Assembly: GCA_033442325.1 (NCBI GenBank)
Contig: JAWQFM010000007.1
Span: forward strand, 2,165,638 to 2,229,637
Direction: 5' to 3'
Length of the DNA stretch: 64,000 bases
Source: Salpingoeca rosetta
Lineage: Eukaryota; Protista; Choanoflagellata
In this document: positions 53,272 through 64,000 of the stretch, piece by piece
Position numbering within the stretch: the stretch's first letter is position 1
Layout of the letters: every line of letters begins with the position of its first letter
Made by a program: the position numbers and the translations under genes
The notes under the pieces: model-generated
Told to the model about the DNA's origin: nothing
The model's database searches: none
The model's input: the letters and a program-made list of their open reading frames with translations, nothing else

Positions 53272-53371
53272 NNNNNNNNNNNNNNNNNNNNNNNNNNNNN
53301 NNNNNNNNNNNNNNNNNNNNNNNNNNNNNNNNNNNNNNNNNNNNNNNNNNNNNNNNNNNNNNNNNNNNNNN
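53272..53371. other. Assembly gap (100 N)
   Basis: Run of exactly 100 N, the usual placeholder for a gap of unknown size. Confidence 0.99.
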
Positions 53372-54084
53372 CCGGAGCAGCGACGCGTTCCGCCCGCACA
53401 AACAAGAAATACCTCGTCACCTTCAGGTCCGTGCATGCGTGCGTGTTGTGACGTGGTGCGATGTGGGGTTCGATGTTCACTGCTGCTGCTGCTGGGTTTT
53501 GAGGGGTTGGTGTCGCTCACTGCACCACCGCTCCCCCTTCTTGTGCCGCTACAACCTAACTCCAAACCTGTTGTGGTGCCGCTGCTTGACGTGTGTCTTC
53601 TTTCCCTGTTGCACAGGGGCACCACCAAGTCTGCTCGTTCTTGATGCCATGCGCAACCACCTCCCCAAGCTGCACAATGGCAGGTGTGTCGTGCTGTGCG
53701 TGCGATGTGTCGGTGTAATGTGTTGTGTGTTCTTGTGTTCCGTGCGTGTGTATCGTGTTTTGCCTCAGAGTCCACTGGTTTTGGTGCTGTGTGCGTGTCT
53801 GTCTGGCTCCACCTCACGCACACACACACACACACACACATCGCCTGTGTTTGCGCGCACGTTGCAGAGTCATTGTGTTGGTGTGCGCGTGCCAATGGTT
53901 TGGCGAAGAGCGCATGAGTCGTGAGGGGGAAGGTTGGATATGACCCGTCGTGCAAGCAGGCAGAGGAAGAGTTCAACCAGTACACGTACACAGAGCTGGC
54001 GCTGGAGACCAAGTTTGGGCCCATCGTGGAAGGATTTGGCGACCACTCCTTCAGGTGTGTGTGTGTGTGCGTGTGCGTGTGCGT

Positions 54085-54118
<34 letters not shown>

Positions 54119-54265
54119 TGCAGACGATTTCGGTCCTATTTGTGCTCTTACCCACCTTCCATCTCCTGTCACCCACTTTCATGCCTCATAGATCATGGCT
54201 GCGGGCGCCATCCCCGTCATTGTCGTCGACCACAACGTGCTGGTGCGTATGGATGGATGCCACTT

Positions 54266-54324
<59 letters not shown>

Positions 54325-54602
54325 GTGTGTGTGTGTGTGTTTTGTGTGTCACATCACTGTGCGGATGTGCCCCTCCCGTCGCTCACGGTGCTGTGACGTG
54401 ATATTATGGCGTTTGCTTTTTGCGCGCTTGCAGCTCTACCAGGACCTGCTCGACTGGGAGACGTTCAGCATTCGCATTCCCGAGCACAGGCTCCTCGAGG
54501 TGTGGTGACAGATCGGTGACATGGGCATGTGAAGCGATGCGTGAGGGGTGATGTGGGTTTTGATGGGGATTGTGTTTGGTCAAAGCTTGTATGCCACGTC
54601 GC

Positions 54603-54671
<69 letters not shown>

Positions 54672-55033
54672 CACACACACACACACACGCACACACACAC
54701 ACAAGACTGCGTTCAGCTTCCGAGGATCCTGCGGTCGATCCCTGATGAGGTGGTGGAGATGATGCAGAGACGCGTTGTGTTTGTGTTTGAGTAGTTCTTC
54801 AAGTCCCTCTCCATCCAAGTGCACACAGGTGAGGGAGCGTGTCATTGGCACAGGGAGTTGTCGAGTGAGTGTGGTGAGTACGGTGTGGTGTGTGCGTTGC
54901 TCGCTTGTTGGCGTGTCCATTCAACCACTCTCACCACCTGCCCACTCGTGTGTCATGTCCGTGCTATTTGCTGCTGTCAGCGCTGGAGTCTGCCAAGATC
55001 AACCTGTTCAGCGGCGACAACGCCTGGCAGGTG

Positions 55034-55114
<81 letters not shown>

Positions 55115-55347
55115 GGGATCGTGCGCAGGGGTGCGAATCAGCGCGGTCACCTCACATAACATCTTGCTGCCACCACCAACACCTTCATGCGCACAAACAC
55201 GCAAATGCTCGCAGGGGGAAGATGCAAGTGGAAGGGCTGGCGTACGACACGCCCAATGAGACGCCACACGATGTGATGCAGGAGTCTGTATGGTGCAACA
55301 CCCCCGCCCACCGACGAAAGGCGGCCAAGGATAATGCCCCCATGTGA
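53372..55347 (+). pseudogene. Exostosin (EXT1-like, GT47) pseudogene, copy 2
   Basis: Same exon series as copy 1, continuing through LDWETFSIRIPEHRLLE and LPRILRSIPDEVVEMMQRRVVFVFE*FFKS (in-frame TAG 54792-54794) to ALESAKINLF. Shares frameshifts with copy 1 at about 53641 and 53929. Confidence 0.8.
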
Positions 55348-55535
55348 TGTGTTTGCGACGACGATGAGGGTGAGGAGAGGATGAGAAGGAGGAGGAGGAG
55401 GAGGAGAAGGACGATGTCTAACAGCGCCGCCAAGATCAGCTTTGTCACTAGTTCGATAGTTCAGCCCACCTGTTTGTGGTTACTCTGCGTCAGTACATGG
55501 AAGTAAACGCGTTGAGATGACACGATGTCAGGCAA

Positions 55536-55575
<40 letters not shown>

Positions 55576-55803
55576 GCAAAGCAACGCTACAGTCAAGCAA
55601 CAAGAGAGAGAGAGATGAGCCAACACACGCCACCACCTCTTCACCCCACGAAGTGGAAGCAAGCACGTCAGCAAGCAAAGAAAAAGAAGTAAACCGAACC
55701 AAGCAACAAGCCAAGAGGAGAGGGAAGTGAAGGAGAGACACCACCACAGCAGCAACACAGCAACAGCAACCACAGCAGCGACAGCACCCCATATGGGAGA
55801 GAG

Positions 55804-55812
55804 AAAAAAAAA
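55804..55812 (-). terminator. RNA polymerase III oligo-T terminator of the 5S gene
   Basis: T9 run on the minus strand a few bases past the 5S 3' end. Confidence 0.8.
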
Positions 55813-55818
55813 GGGAGA

Positions 55819-55937
55819 GAGCAACATCACCCGTGATTCCCGCCTGGTCACCCACGGCAATACTGAACGGGCCCAAACGGGCTTAGCTTCCGCGATCGGA
55901 CGAGAGCGGGCGTGATCCCGTTGGTATGAACGTTGCC
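55819..55937 (-). rRNA. 5S ribosomal RNA
   Basis: Minus strand reads GGCAACGTTCATACC...CTCGTCCGATC..GAAGCTAAGC...GGGC...AGTA...GGGTGACC...GGGAAT...GGTGATGTTGCT, about 119 nt. The eukaryotic 5S conserved boxes are present and the helices pair (CCAACGGG/CCCGTTTGG; CCCGT/ACGGG). Confidence 0.93.
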
Positions 55938-58900
55938 GACGCCTAAGCAAGACAAGCAATTTATCAAGGCAGAGCCAGCAAGCAGCAAGCAAGAAGAAGA
56001 GGAAGAGAAAAATCGCACGCAAACCAGCAGAAGCAAGCAGAAGAAACGAGCAAACAACCGATTCCAACCAACCAACCAACCCATCCACTCGCCGTTGCTT
56101 CATTCTTCTTCTTCTGCGCAGCAGCTCTGTGTGTGTGTGATGGTGGTGGGAATGGTGATGGTGATCATGGTCGTCGTCATCGCTGACAGGCAGGTGAGAT
56201 GAGATGACGTGAGGTGGGGTGAGGCAAGGTGGGAGGTGAGGTGGGAATGTGTCATTGGTTCCTGCACACACACACACACATTAGTGGTTGTGCGTGCCAC
56301 GTTCCTTCCTTCCTTCCTTTCTTCCTTCCCATCGTCGTCGCTGACGCATTCACACACGCACACACGCACATGCACACATTCATGTGCAGGGAGGGTGTGC
56401 GCACCGTCTCTCCCCTTCTTCCTTCCTTCCATCCATCCATCCTTCCATCCATCCATCGTTGTCCATTTCCTTCTCCTGTGATGAACCACGCACAACCAAC
56501 CAACCAACGAACCAACCAACGACCACATGAATGACCCATCCATCGACAGGTGAGGGTGAGATTGAGTGCACCCACTTCTTCCTCCCACTTAGTTCTCCTC
56601 CTCTTCTTCTTCTCCCTGCACACTGCGCACAGCAACAACCACCCACCATCAACAACAACAACACAGCGTACGCTGTCATCATGCACACACAGCCACGCAC
56701 ACACACACAGGTGGACCACCATCAATCAATCCTCACACGGGTGGTTGGATCACAACCAACACACCACTGCGTGTGGCGCTCACAAATACACACTCACACT
56801 CACACACTCACACACTTGCTCACCGTTGTGTGGTGACAGAACAACTGCCATCAGCCACCGTCATGCAGTGGGCGACCCTGAGAATGGATCATGCTTCCTC
56901 TCAACCAGTGAGCAGCACACACACGACAGTGGGGGAAATGACATCAACCAACATCACAGCCAATGTATGTGTGTGTGTGTGTGTGTGTGTGCACGGGGTT
57001 GCGTTCCTTCTCATCCTCCTCCTCCTTTCTCCTCCTTCTGTCTGTGACATTCTGCTCACTGCTGCCGTTGCTTGCTTGTTTGTGGTGGTGCGTGCAGATG
57101 GATGTATTCCATCATCAGCAGGAGCAGCAGCAGCAGCAGCAGCAGCAGGTGCTGGCTGATGCGTGAGGCAGTGGGCGACCCCCACCAACCAACAAATGAC
57201 TACATGCTGACGGATGAATGGTGATCAAACCACTGCATCACCCAGACAGGTGTGTGTGTGTGTATGTGTTTGTGTGTGTGTGTGTGTCTATGTGTGTGTT
57301 CTCTTCACCCACCCACTCACACGCCATCATCACCACCTCTCATTTTCTTGTGTCGTTGCTCACATCCTTCCATTCCCACTCTCAACACCACTATCATCAC
57401 CACCCTCCACACGTGCTCGTTTCCCCTTCCTTCTTTCTGCTGTCGCCACACATAGGGCCCTTGAGCCAGCAGCTGTCACCCCTTCCCCCTCCACCAACCA
57501 ACTCCGCTCTGGTGGGATGAACAGACGGCGCTGCCATGCGATGACCATCCAGCCACGCCTGTGCGGCTGTGGAAGCAGCAACACCAACACACACCACAAA
57601 GCAAGCAAGCGATGAGCAACGTGAGTGCACCACTGCACGTATGTGTGTGTATGCTGCGCACAACACCAGTGTGCGTGTTTTGTGGTCGTTGTCTTTGTTG
57701 CTCCTGTCTCCCCTTGTTGGCCCACATCAATGTGCATGCATGTGCGTCGTGCGGCTGCCTGTTTTGCCTTGCTTGATGCGCTCTCACTTTTCGTTGTCAC
57801 ACACAACTGCCTGCACACCTGCACATTCTCCACCTTGCAGTCGCTGCTTATATTCCCCCCTCTTTCTCGCCCTCCCTGGCGGCCATCACAACAACAACAA
57901 CAACAGCAGCAGCAGCCAACACCCCCTCCACCGCCGATGCACCAGCAAGCAGCAGCAGCGCCAGCATCACTTGCTGCTGAACACATCCCTCCAACCAACC
58001 AACCAGCCAACCAACCAACCCATCGCACTGCTGCTGGCGGAAGCTGGCTGTTTGCAGCTGGGAACAGGTGGCGACAGCACAAGTTGCATTTTCGGTTGGA
58101 AGCAGCAGCAGCAGAGGTGAGGGCGAGAAGAAGATGGAAAACGGAGAGGATGTGTGTTGGATGGATGGATGGATGGATGGGATGGGGGATGCTGGGTGAG
58201 TGTGGTGTGGTGTGGTGTGGCGTGGCTGGTGACAGAGGATGGTGGTGTGTGGTGTGAGGAAGAGGGATGGATGGATGGATGGGGTGCAGCATGTCTTGTT
58301 CGCCCCCTTCTGTTTTCTGTTTTCTCTCTCTTCCCTTTCTTCTTCTTCACACGCATGCATGCACAGCATTAGCAGCAGTGGCAGCAGCGGTGTAGCTGCG
58401 CACATATCCATGCCCCCTACCTTCCCACTCACTCACTCACCATGCTGGTGCTCGCACACAACCACACTTGTAGGTGATGTTCTCGCACAAGCAGGATGAG
58501 GGAAATGTCAAGGATACTTGCTACGCGTGCCAGCTGCACTCGCCTCACACATGGTATGTGGGTGGTGATGAGTGGTTGGTTGGTTGGTTGTGTGATGGAG
58601 TGTGGGGACGGGGGTGTGGTGATGGGGTGAAGCGAACAAGGGGAAGAAGGGTTCATGGGGGATCATGATCACGCACACTGACACACACACACACACATAC
58701 ACGCACACACACACACGTGGTGCGTGCGATGTCACTGACTCGTTCTGCTGTGCTGACATGATGGCCTGCTCTGTGCTTGTTTGTGTTCTGTTCCCAACCA
58801 CGTTCCCTGCAACCACACACACACACACACACGCACAGGTGGTGAGGTAGCAGCACACATCAGGATGTCGATGGAAGCGGGCTCGCATGCCGGCTGCTGC

Positions 58901-60846
58901 TGCTGCAACTCCCCCGATTCGGCTGCCGCTGCTGTGCTCATGCAGTATTCCTACATGTGAGCAAGGTGAGCCCATCATGCATGCTTTGGTTGCCACATGG
59001 TGCATGTGTTGGTGTTGCTGCTGTGGGTGCTTGGTGTTGCCGCTGCTGTGCTTCATGCAGCAGTGTACCTGTGCAGCTCACATGCCATGAGTATGTGTGT
59101 GTATGTTTGTGGCTGCAGCGGCGACTGTGTGAGGATCGTTTGAGGATGATGGGTGGTGCACACATGATGGAATGGGAGGAGCAGCTGTGGGCACGCACGT
59201 CCATGGTCATGGTGGGCACATCCAACAACAGCGACGCAGCTATGCGCAGGTGTGTGTGTGTGTGTGTGTGCGGTATCGTGGGGCGAGGAGGAGGAAAGCA
59301 GAGGAGGGTCAGGAAGGTGAACACGTCTGCTGTGCTCGCATGCCATACCTGTGTGTTGTGTGTGATGATGTCGTTGTGTCTTGTCGTTGTGTGTTGGTTG
59401 CATGCGCACCAGGGCCACATCAGAAGAGGGCAAGGAAGCCGCCATGAACGACCCATCAGCATCATCATCCACCTTTCCCATTTCTCTCTCCTTTTTCGTT
59501 CTTCCACCTCAGCTTGGCGGTTACCATCACCACCATCACCATCGACCGCACAGCCGACATCACACTCCGGCCGACACCAGCTCCAATCTGTCATGAGGCA
59601 GACATTGCACATGTCAGTCGCTCTGACGATGAGGTGAGCAATGTGTGTGCGTGTGTGTGCAAGGTGGTGATGGTGAGTGGGTGTGGATGTGTATGTCAAT
59701 GCGGGTGGTTGGATGGGCTGGCGTGTGGTTGATGATGCTTCGCTGTCAACCTCACCACCTTGCATTCTCTCCCATCTTGTGTTTGTGCACACACATTTCA
59801 CAGCGTTGAGGGGGCGCATGAAGCGGTGGAACCAACGACGATGACGATGACGAGTGATGAAGGTGAGAGGGCGACTGAGATGTGTGTGTGTGTGTGGTTG
59901 ACATGTTGTGCTTCCTTCTTCGCCTCCCACTTTCCTTGTCTGTTCTGTTCACTCATGTGTCTTTTGTTCTTCTCCCCCTTTTTTCGATTGATTTGGACAC
60001 AAGGCCATGCATCACGTCTCCATCCAACCGACCAAGCAAGCAGCCGAGCGAGCGAGCAAAGGACACGGCGTGGCAAGGGGCCGTTTGTTTTCCCCGTTTC
60101 CACCACCAGCAGCAACAGCAACAACCGATGTATGGCTGCATTTTGGATGAGCTGGCTTCTTCCGTCTCTCGTCCATCTCCTCCTCCTCATCGTCTTCGTC
60201 GTCATTGGTTACCAACAGCAGCGGCTGCGGCCGTAGATGTGGAGGTGAGATGAATGGCGGCGGTGGCGGTGGTCATGTGTGATGTGTTGGGTGTGAACAT
60301 CAGCATGTATGTGTGTGATTGTGAAGCGCTGGTTGGATGTCGTTGAGCCTGTTGGTGCTGGCAATGGATGTTGTTGTCGTTGACAGCCTGATTCTGTGCC
60401 AACTTACCTCTTTCTCCACGCGCACACGTACAGGGTGTGATGTACGTCGATGTGCCGTTGCCTCGCATGACGATGACGATGATGGTGGTGAGTGACTTGT
60501 GGTGGATGTACACGGCGCACGCACACGCATATGCGGGTGTGCTGCTTGTGGCGGTGGTGGTGTTGGTGTCTGTGTGGGGATGTGACATGTGCATGCACAG
60601 GTGATGATGTGAGTGATGTGAATGAGGCACAAGGATGTGGATGTGGTTTGTTTCTGCCATGCTGGCTCACTGCGTGGTGTCATTCTTGCTGATTTGGTTG
60701 TTTGTGCTTGCACATGTGTACATGTGTGTGATTTGCACAGGACGGTGGCCGATCTCTTCCCAGGCCCTCATGACACGAGCAGGGCGATACACGCACACAC
60801 GAATGTGCGAGAAAAGAAGGCGCAAGGTGAGACGCTGCCGCTGTGT

Positions 60847-60877
<31 letters not shown>

Positions 60878-63145
60878 GTGATAGCGTGGTATGATACATT
60901 CGCACGCACATACGCACGCACGCGTGCATGTACGCATGTGTGCCAACGCACCAAAGCAGTCATTGGCTGTGGGGTGGTTGCACTGACGTGTGTCTCACAT
61001 GAATCAATCACACAACTCAATGTGTGTGTGCGTGTGTGCGTGGCTGCAGGCGGACGTTGTGCGGGTTTCCCCAACCGATTTCCCTTCCTCCTTTCCCAAC
61101 CAATCGCCTCTACTCTGTGTCATCATCATCATCAGCCTTCCCCATGCGATGTGCAGCTGTTGAGGCGTGATCGAGACAACAGCCAACACAGGTATTGCAG
61201 CAGCTGTAGTGGATGTGGATGTGGTGGTATCGTGGTGTGCCTGCTTGCTTGCTTGCTTGGCTGCTTGTTGGGTGCTTGCTTCGTTGTTCTTGTGTGTAGG
61301 TGATGCACCCCACCCACAACATGCTGCAATATTCCCATGCGTGGTCCCTTGTGTCCCTCCTTTCATGTCCTCACCACCACCGGTCATCGTTGTTCGTCTT
61401 TGGTTGGTTTCTTCTTGCCTCACAGGCAGGGTAGCTCGCTGCTGCCACTGGTGCTGCTGTGATGATGGCCGTGCGTGTGCATGCGCGCTGTGCACCGTGT
61501 TTGGGGCTGCGCCGATGAAGACAAGGAAGGACACGGCCCGTGCCCGCCACTCTTCCCTCTTCGTCTTCTCTTTCTGCTCCATCAGCGATGACGATGGTGG
61601 CCGTGGCATGTGGTTGCGGTTCCCTTGTTTGGCTTCGCTGTGGCCCATCCGCTGGCTGGCTGGCTGCATCAGGCACAGGTGAGGATGATCGTTGATGGTT
61701 GGTTGGTTGGTGGGCTGTGTTGTGTCGAGCGGTGAGAAGCGGGGGAAGCAGGGAAGTAACACGGCAGGTGGTGGTGCGACGTGGGAGTGGTGGTGCGACG
61801 TGGGAGTGCAGAGCGAAAGGAGGGAGAGGGAGGGAAGTGATAGGAGGGCGATGATGTTGGTTGGGGGATGGGGGTGCGCGTGCACATGCACGTGAAATCG
61901 TGTGGTGGTGGTATCACATGACAGTGACACACACATCAGTGGCTCATTCCTTTTCCTTGCACCTGTGTGCGTGTGATTGTGGTGATGACTGCAGCAGGCA
62001 ACACACGGCGGTGGATGCTGGATTGGATTGGCTGGGGTTGACTGGCCGTTGTGTCGTGTCGCCCATATCTCTCTCCCTCCGTTGCTCATCTCAACTGGGA
62101 ACACACACGGCCGTGTGTGCGTGCGTGTGTGTGTGTGTGCGTCGCCATCAACCACGCCGACAGCGACACGATGCACGAGGTGAGGGCACGCAATGGTGTG
62201 TGTTTGGTGGAAGGGGGTTGAGGGGAAGGGGTTGAGGGGAGGTGAGGAGAAAGGCGTTCATCATGGCCATTATCACCACCACGGCTGTGCACCTGGTCAT
62301 GTGACCGTGCATTTGGGGGATGGAGATGGGGAGAGAGATGCTGTCGTTGTGGTGGTTGTGACGGTTGTGGTTGCATTGCTGTGCATGCGTGTGCATGGTG
62401 CACCGTCTCACTCTGCAATGCCATGTGTGACTCTATGTGTGTGTGTGATTGCAGATGTGTGTGTGTGTGTGCGCGTGTGCCAGGCACATGCGTTGATCGA
62501 CGACGAGGTGTGTGTGATTGTGTGTGGTTGGGGTTGGGGTTGACCTTTGTGTCCTTGTGCCATCACACACAACGCACAACACCAAGTACATCATCATCAT
62601 TCCACCTCGTGTGTAGTTGTTGTTCACTCATGCATGGCATGCTCACATCCACCCCCTTCCCTTGCTTCTTCTCCCTCTTCCTCCTCTCCTGCTGCTGCTG
62701 CCACCCCTTCCACTGTTTCCCTCCAACCCTTCCTTTTCACACACACGCAGAGAGAGGAGCCCATCCACATCCAACACCCATGCCCACGCATCCAGGCATG
62801 ACACGCCATGGCGAGCTGTGCCACCTCAACCAACCCAACTCAACCCAGGCCAAGGAAAGGAAGAGGGGAAGCAAGGACAGAAGACGTTATGCTCCCAACA
62901 GATGTGTGTTTGTGTGTGTTGATGTTGATGAACGGTGTTCCCCTCCCCCCCCCCTCCATCGCCTCGCCTCTTGCTTCCATGGCGACCTGGCTGGGTGGCT
63001 GTTGCCCCCTCCCTTGTTTGTTTTCTCTTCCAGCCCTTTGTGGCTGTTGGTTGTCTGTTGTGACTGTGAGAAGAAGGAGGAGAAGGAGGAGGAAGCGAAG
63101 AAGAGGAGAGAAGGGAGGAGAGGGGAGGGATGCATGCTGTCCACA

Positions 63146-63187
<42 letters not shown>

Positions 63188-64000
63188 GTTCTTCTTCTTT
63201 TCCATCCCCCCTTTCTTCTCCCCTTCTCTTCTTCCCTTCTCTTCTCCCTCCTCAGCCTGCAAGGCCTGTGAGCCTGCGTTGCATTCACACACACAGTGCT
63301 GTTCCCCCCTTCCCCTTCTTCTCCTCCTTGTCTCATTGAAACCAACCAACCAAGCAAGCAAGCAAGCCAACCAACCAAGCAAGTCCGCCCTTCAACAAGC
63401 AAACGCAGAAAGCAAACAGCAGTTGCCGCACAAACGCAGCAGTGGGCGATTATTTGTGGCATCTTCCACAAATCGCACAAACACGAACCAACAAGACCAA
63501 ACACACACAAACAAGCGAAGCGACAGGCGAAACGCGAATCAAGGTGAGTGTGTGTTTGAGTGGGTGGTGGTGGCTTGCGTTGTTCGTGTGCGTGGCTCGC
63601 GCAGGGTTGGCGGAGAGGAGGGAGAGGGTGCGCGTTGTGACGGGCACTCACTGGCGGTTCTGTTGTGGGTGGTCTCGTTTGGTTGCATGGACTGTGTGGG
63701 GTGTGGTGGGTGATGATGTGATGGTGAACAGGAGCAAGCAGAAAACACGCACAGCAGCGCCCACACCATGGATGTGTGCAGGGTCAAAGGCATGCAAGGC
63801 GTTGCCCACGGTCGGTGAGGCTGACATATGTGCTGCAAAGGCCCATGGCACGCTGGCACCGTGAGTTTGGGTGAGTTCTGTCAATTGGTTTGACTGCTGT
63901 GTGAGTGCGTGTGTGTGTGTTTGTGAAGGAGGGAGAGGTGGACGTGGCTGTGGTGGGTGTTGTGATCTCACACACACTCCTGCTGCTGTGGATGCATTTG

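Noticed and set aside
54792-54794. In-frame TAG as possible recoding or readthrough
   Set aside because: The same gene has several frameshifts, so pseudogenisation is the simpler explanation. Other genes here use TAG as a normal stop.
56000-64000. Long ORFs such as 61004-62176, 58938-59930 and 62808-63713
   Set aside because: Low-complexity composition, no recognisable motifs, and no consistent exon chain.

Overview
Eukaryotic, GC-rich and very intron-dense DNA. Almost every intron carries a (GT)n/(CA)n microsatellite. Together with the tyrosine-signalling gene content, this points to a choanoflagellate, probably Salpingoeca rosetta-like (inference). Most ORFs in the supplied track are microsatellite artefacts, so genes were rebuilt by hand from GT-AG exon chains and exon boundaries are approximate. 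In order, the window holds: a 5'-truncated PTP-PDZ phosphatase; an LRR-kinase-PARP-like fusion; a small type I membrane protein; LUC7; a RING-HC E3 ligase; a CBS-domain KING1/SNF4-like protein; a WW/EF-hand protein; a Cys-rich receptor with a multi-tyrosine tail; SEC22; mL54; and RPA49. Next come an amnionless-like receptor facing a secreted protein with a cubilin-N-like motif, and an intronless 7-repeat beta-propeller gene with a decayed inverted copy. The end of the window has two EXT1-like pseudogene copies around a 100-N gap, a 5S rRNA gene and about 8 kb of gene-free low-complexity DNA. The two best leads are (1) the adjacent amnionless-like/cubilin-N-like gene pair, a possible pre-metazoan cubam-type capture-and-endocytosis complex, and (2) the NLR-style LRR sensor fused to a kinase and a degenerate ADP-ribosyltransferase domain. 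All homology calls come from motif recognition by eye; no searches were run.
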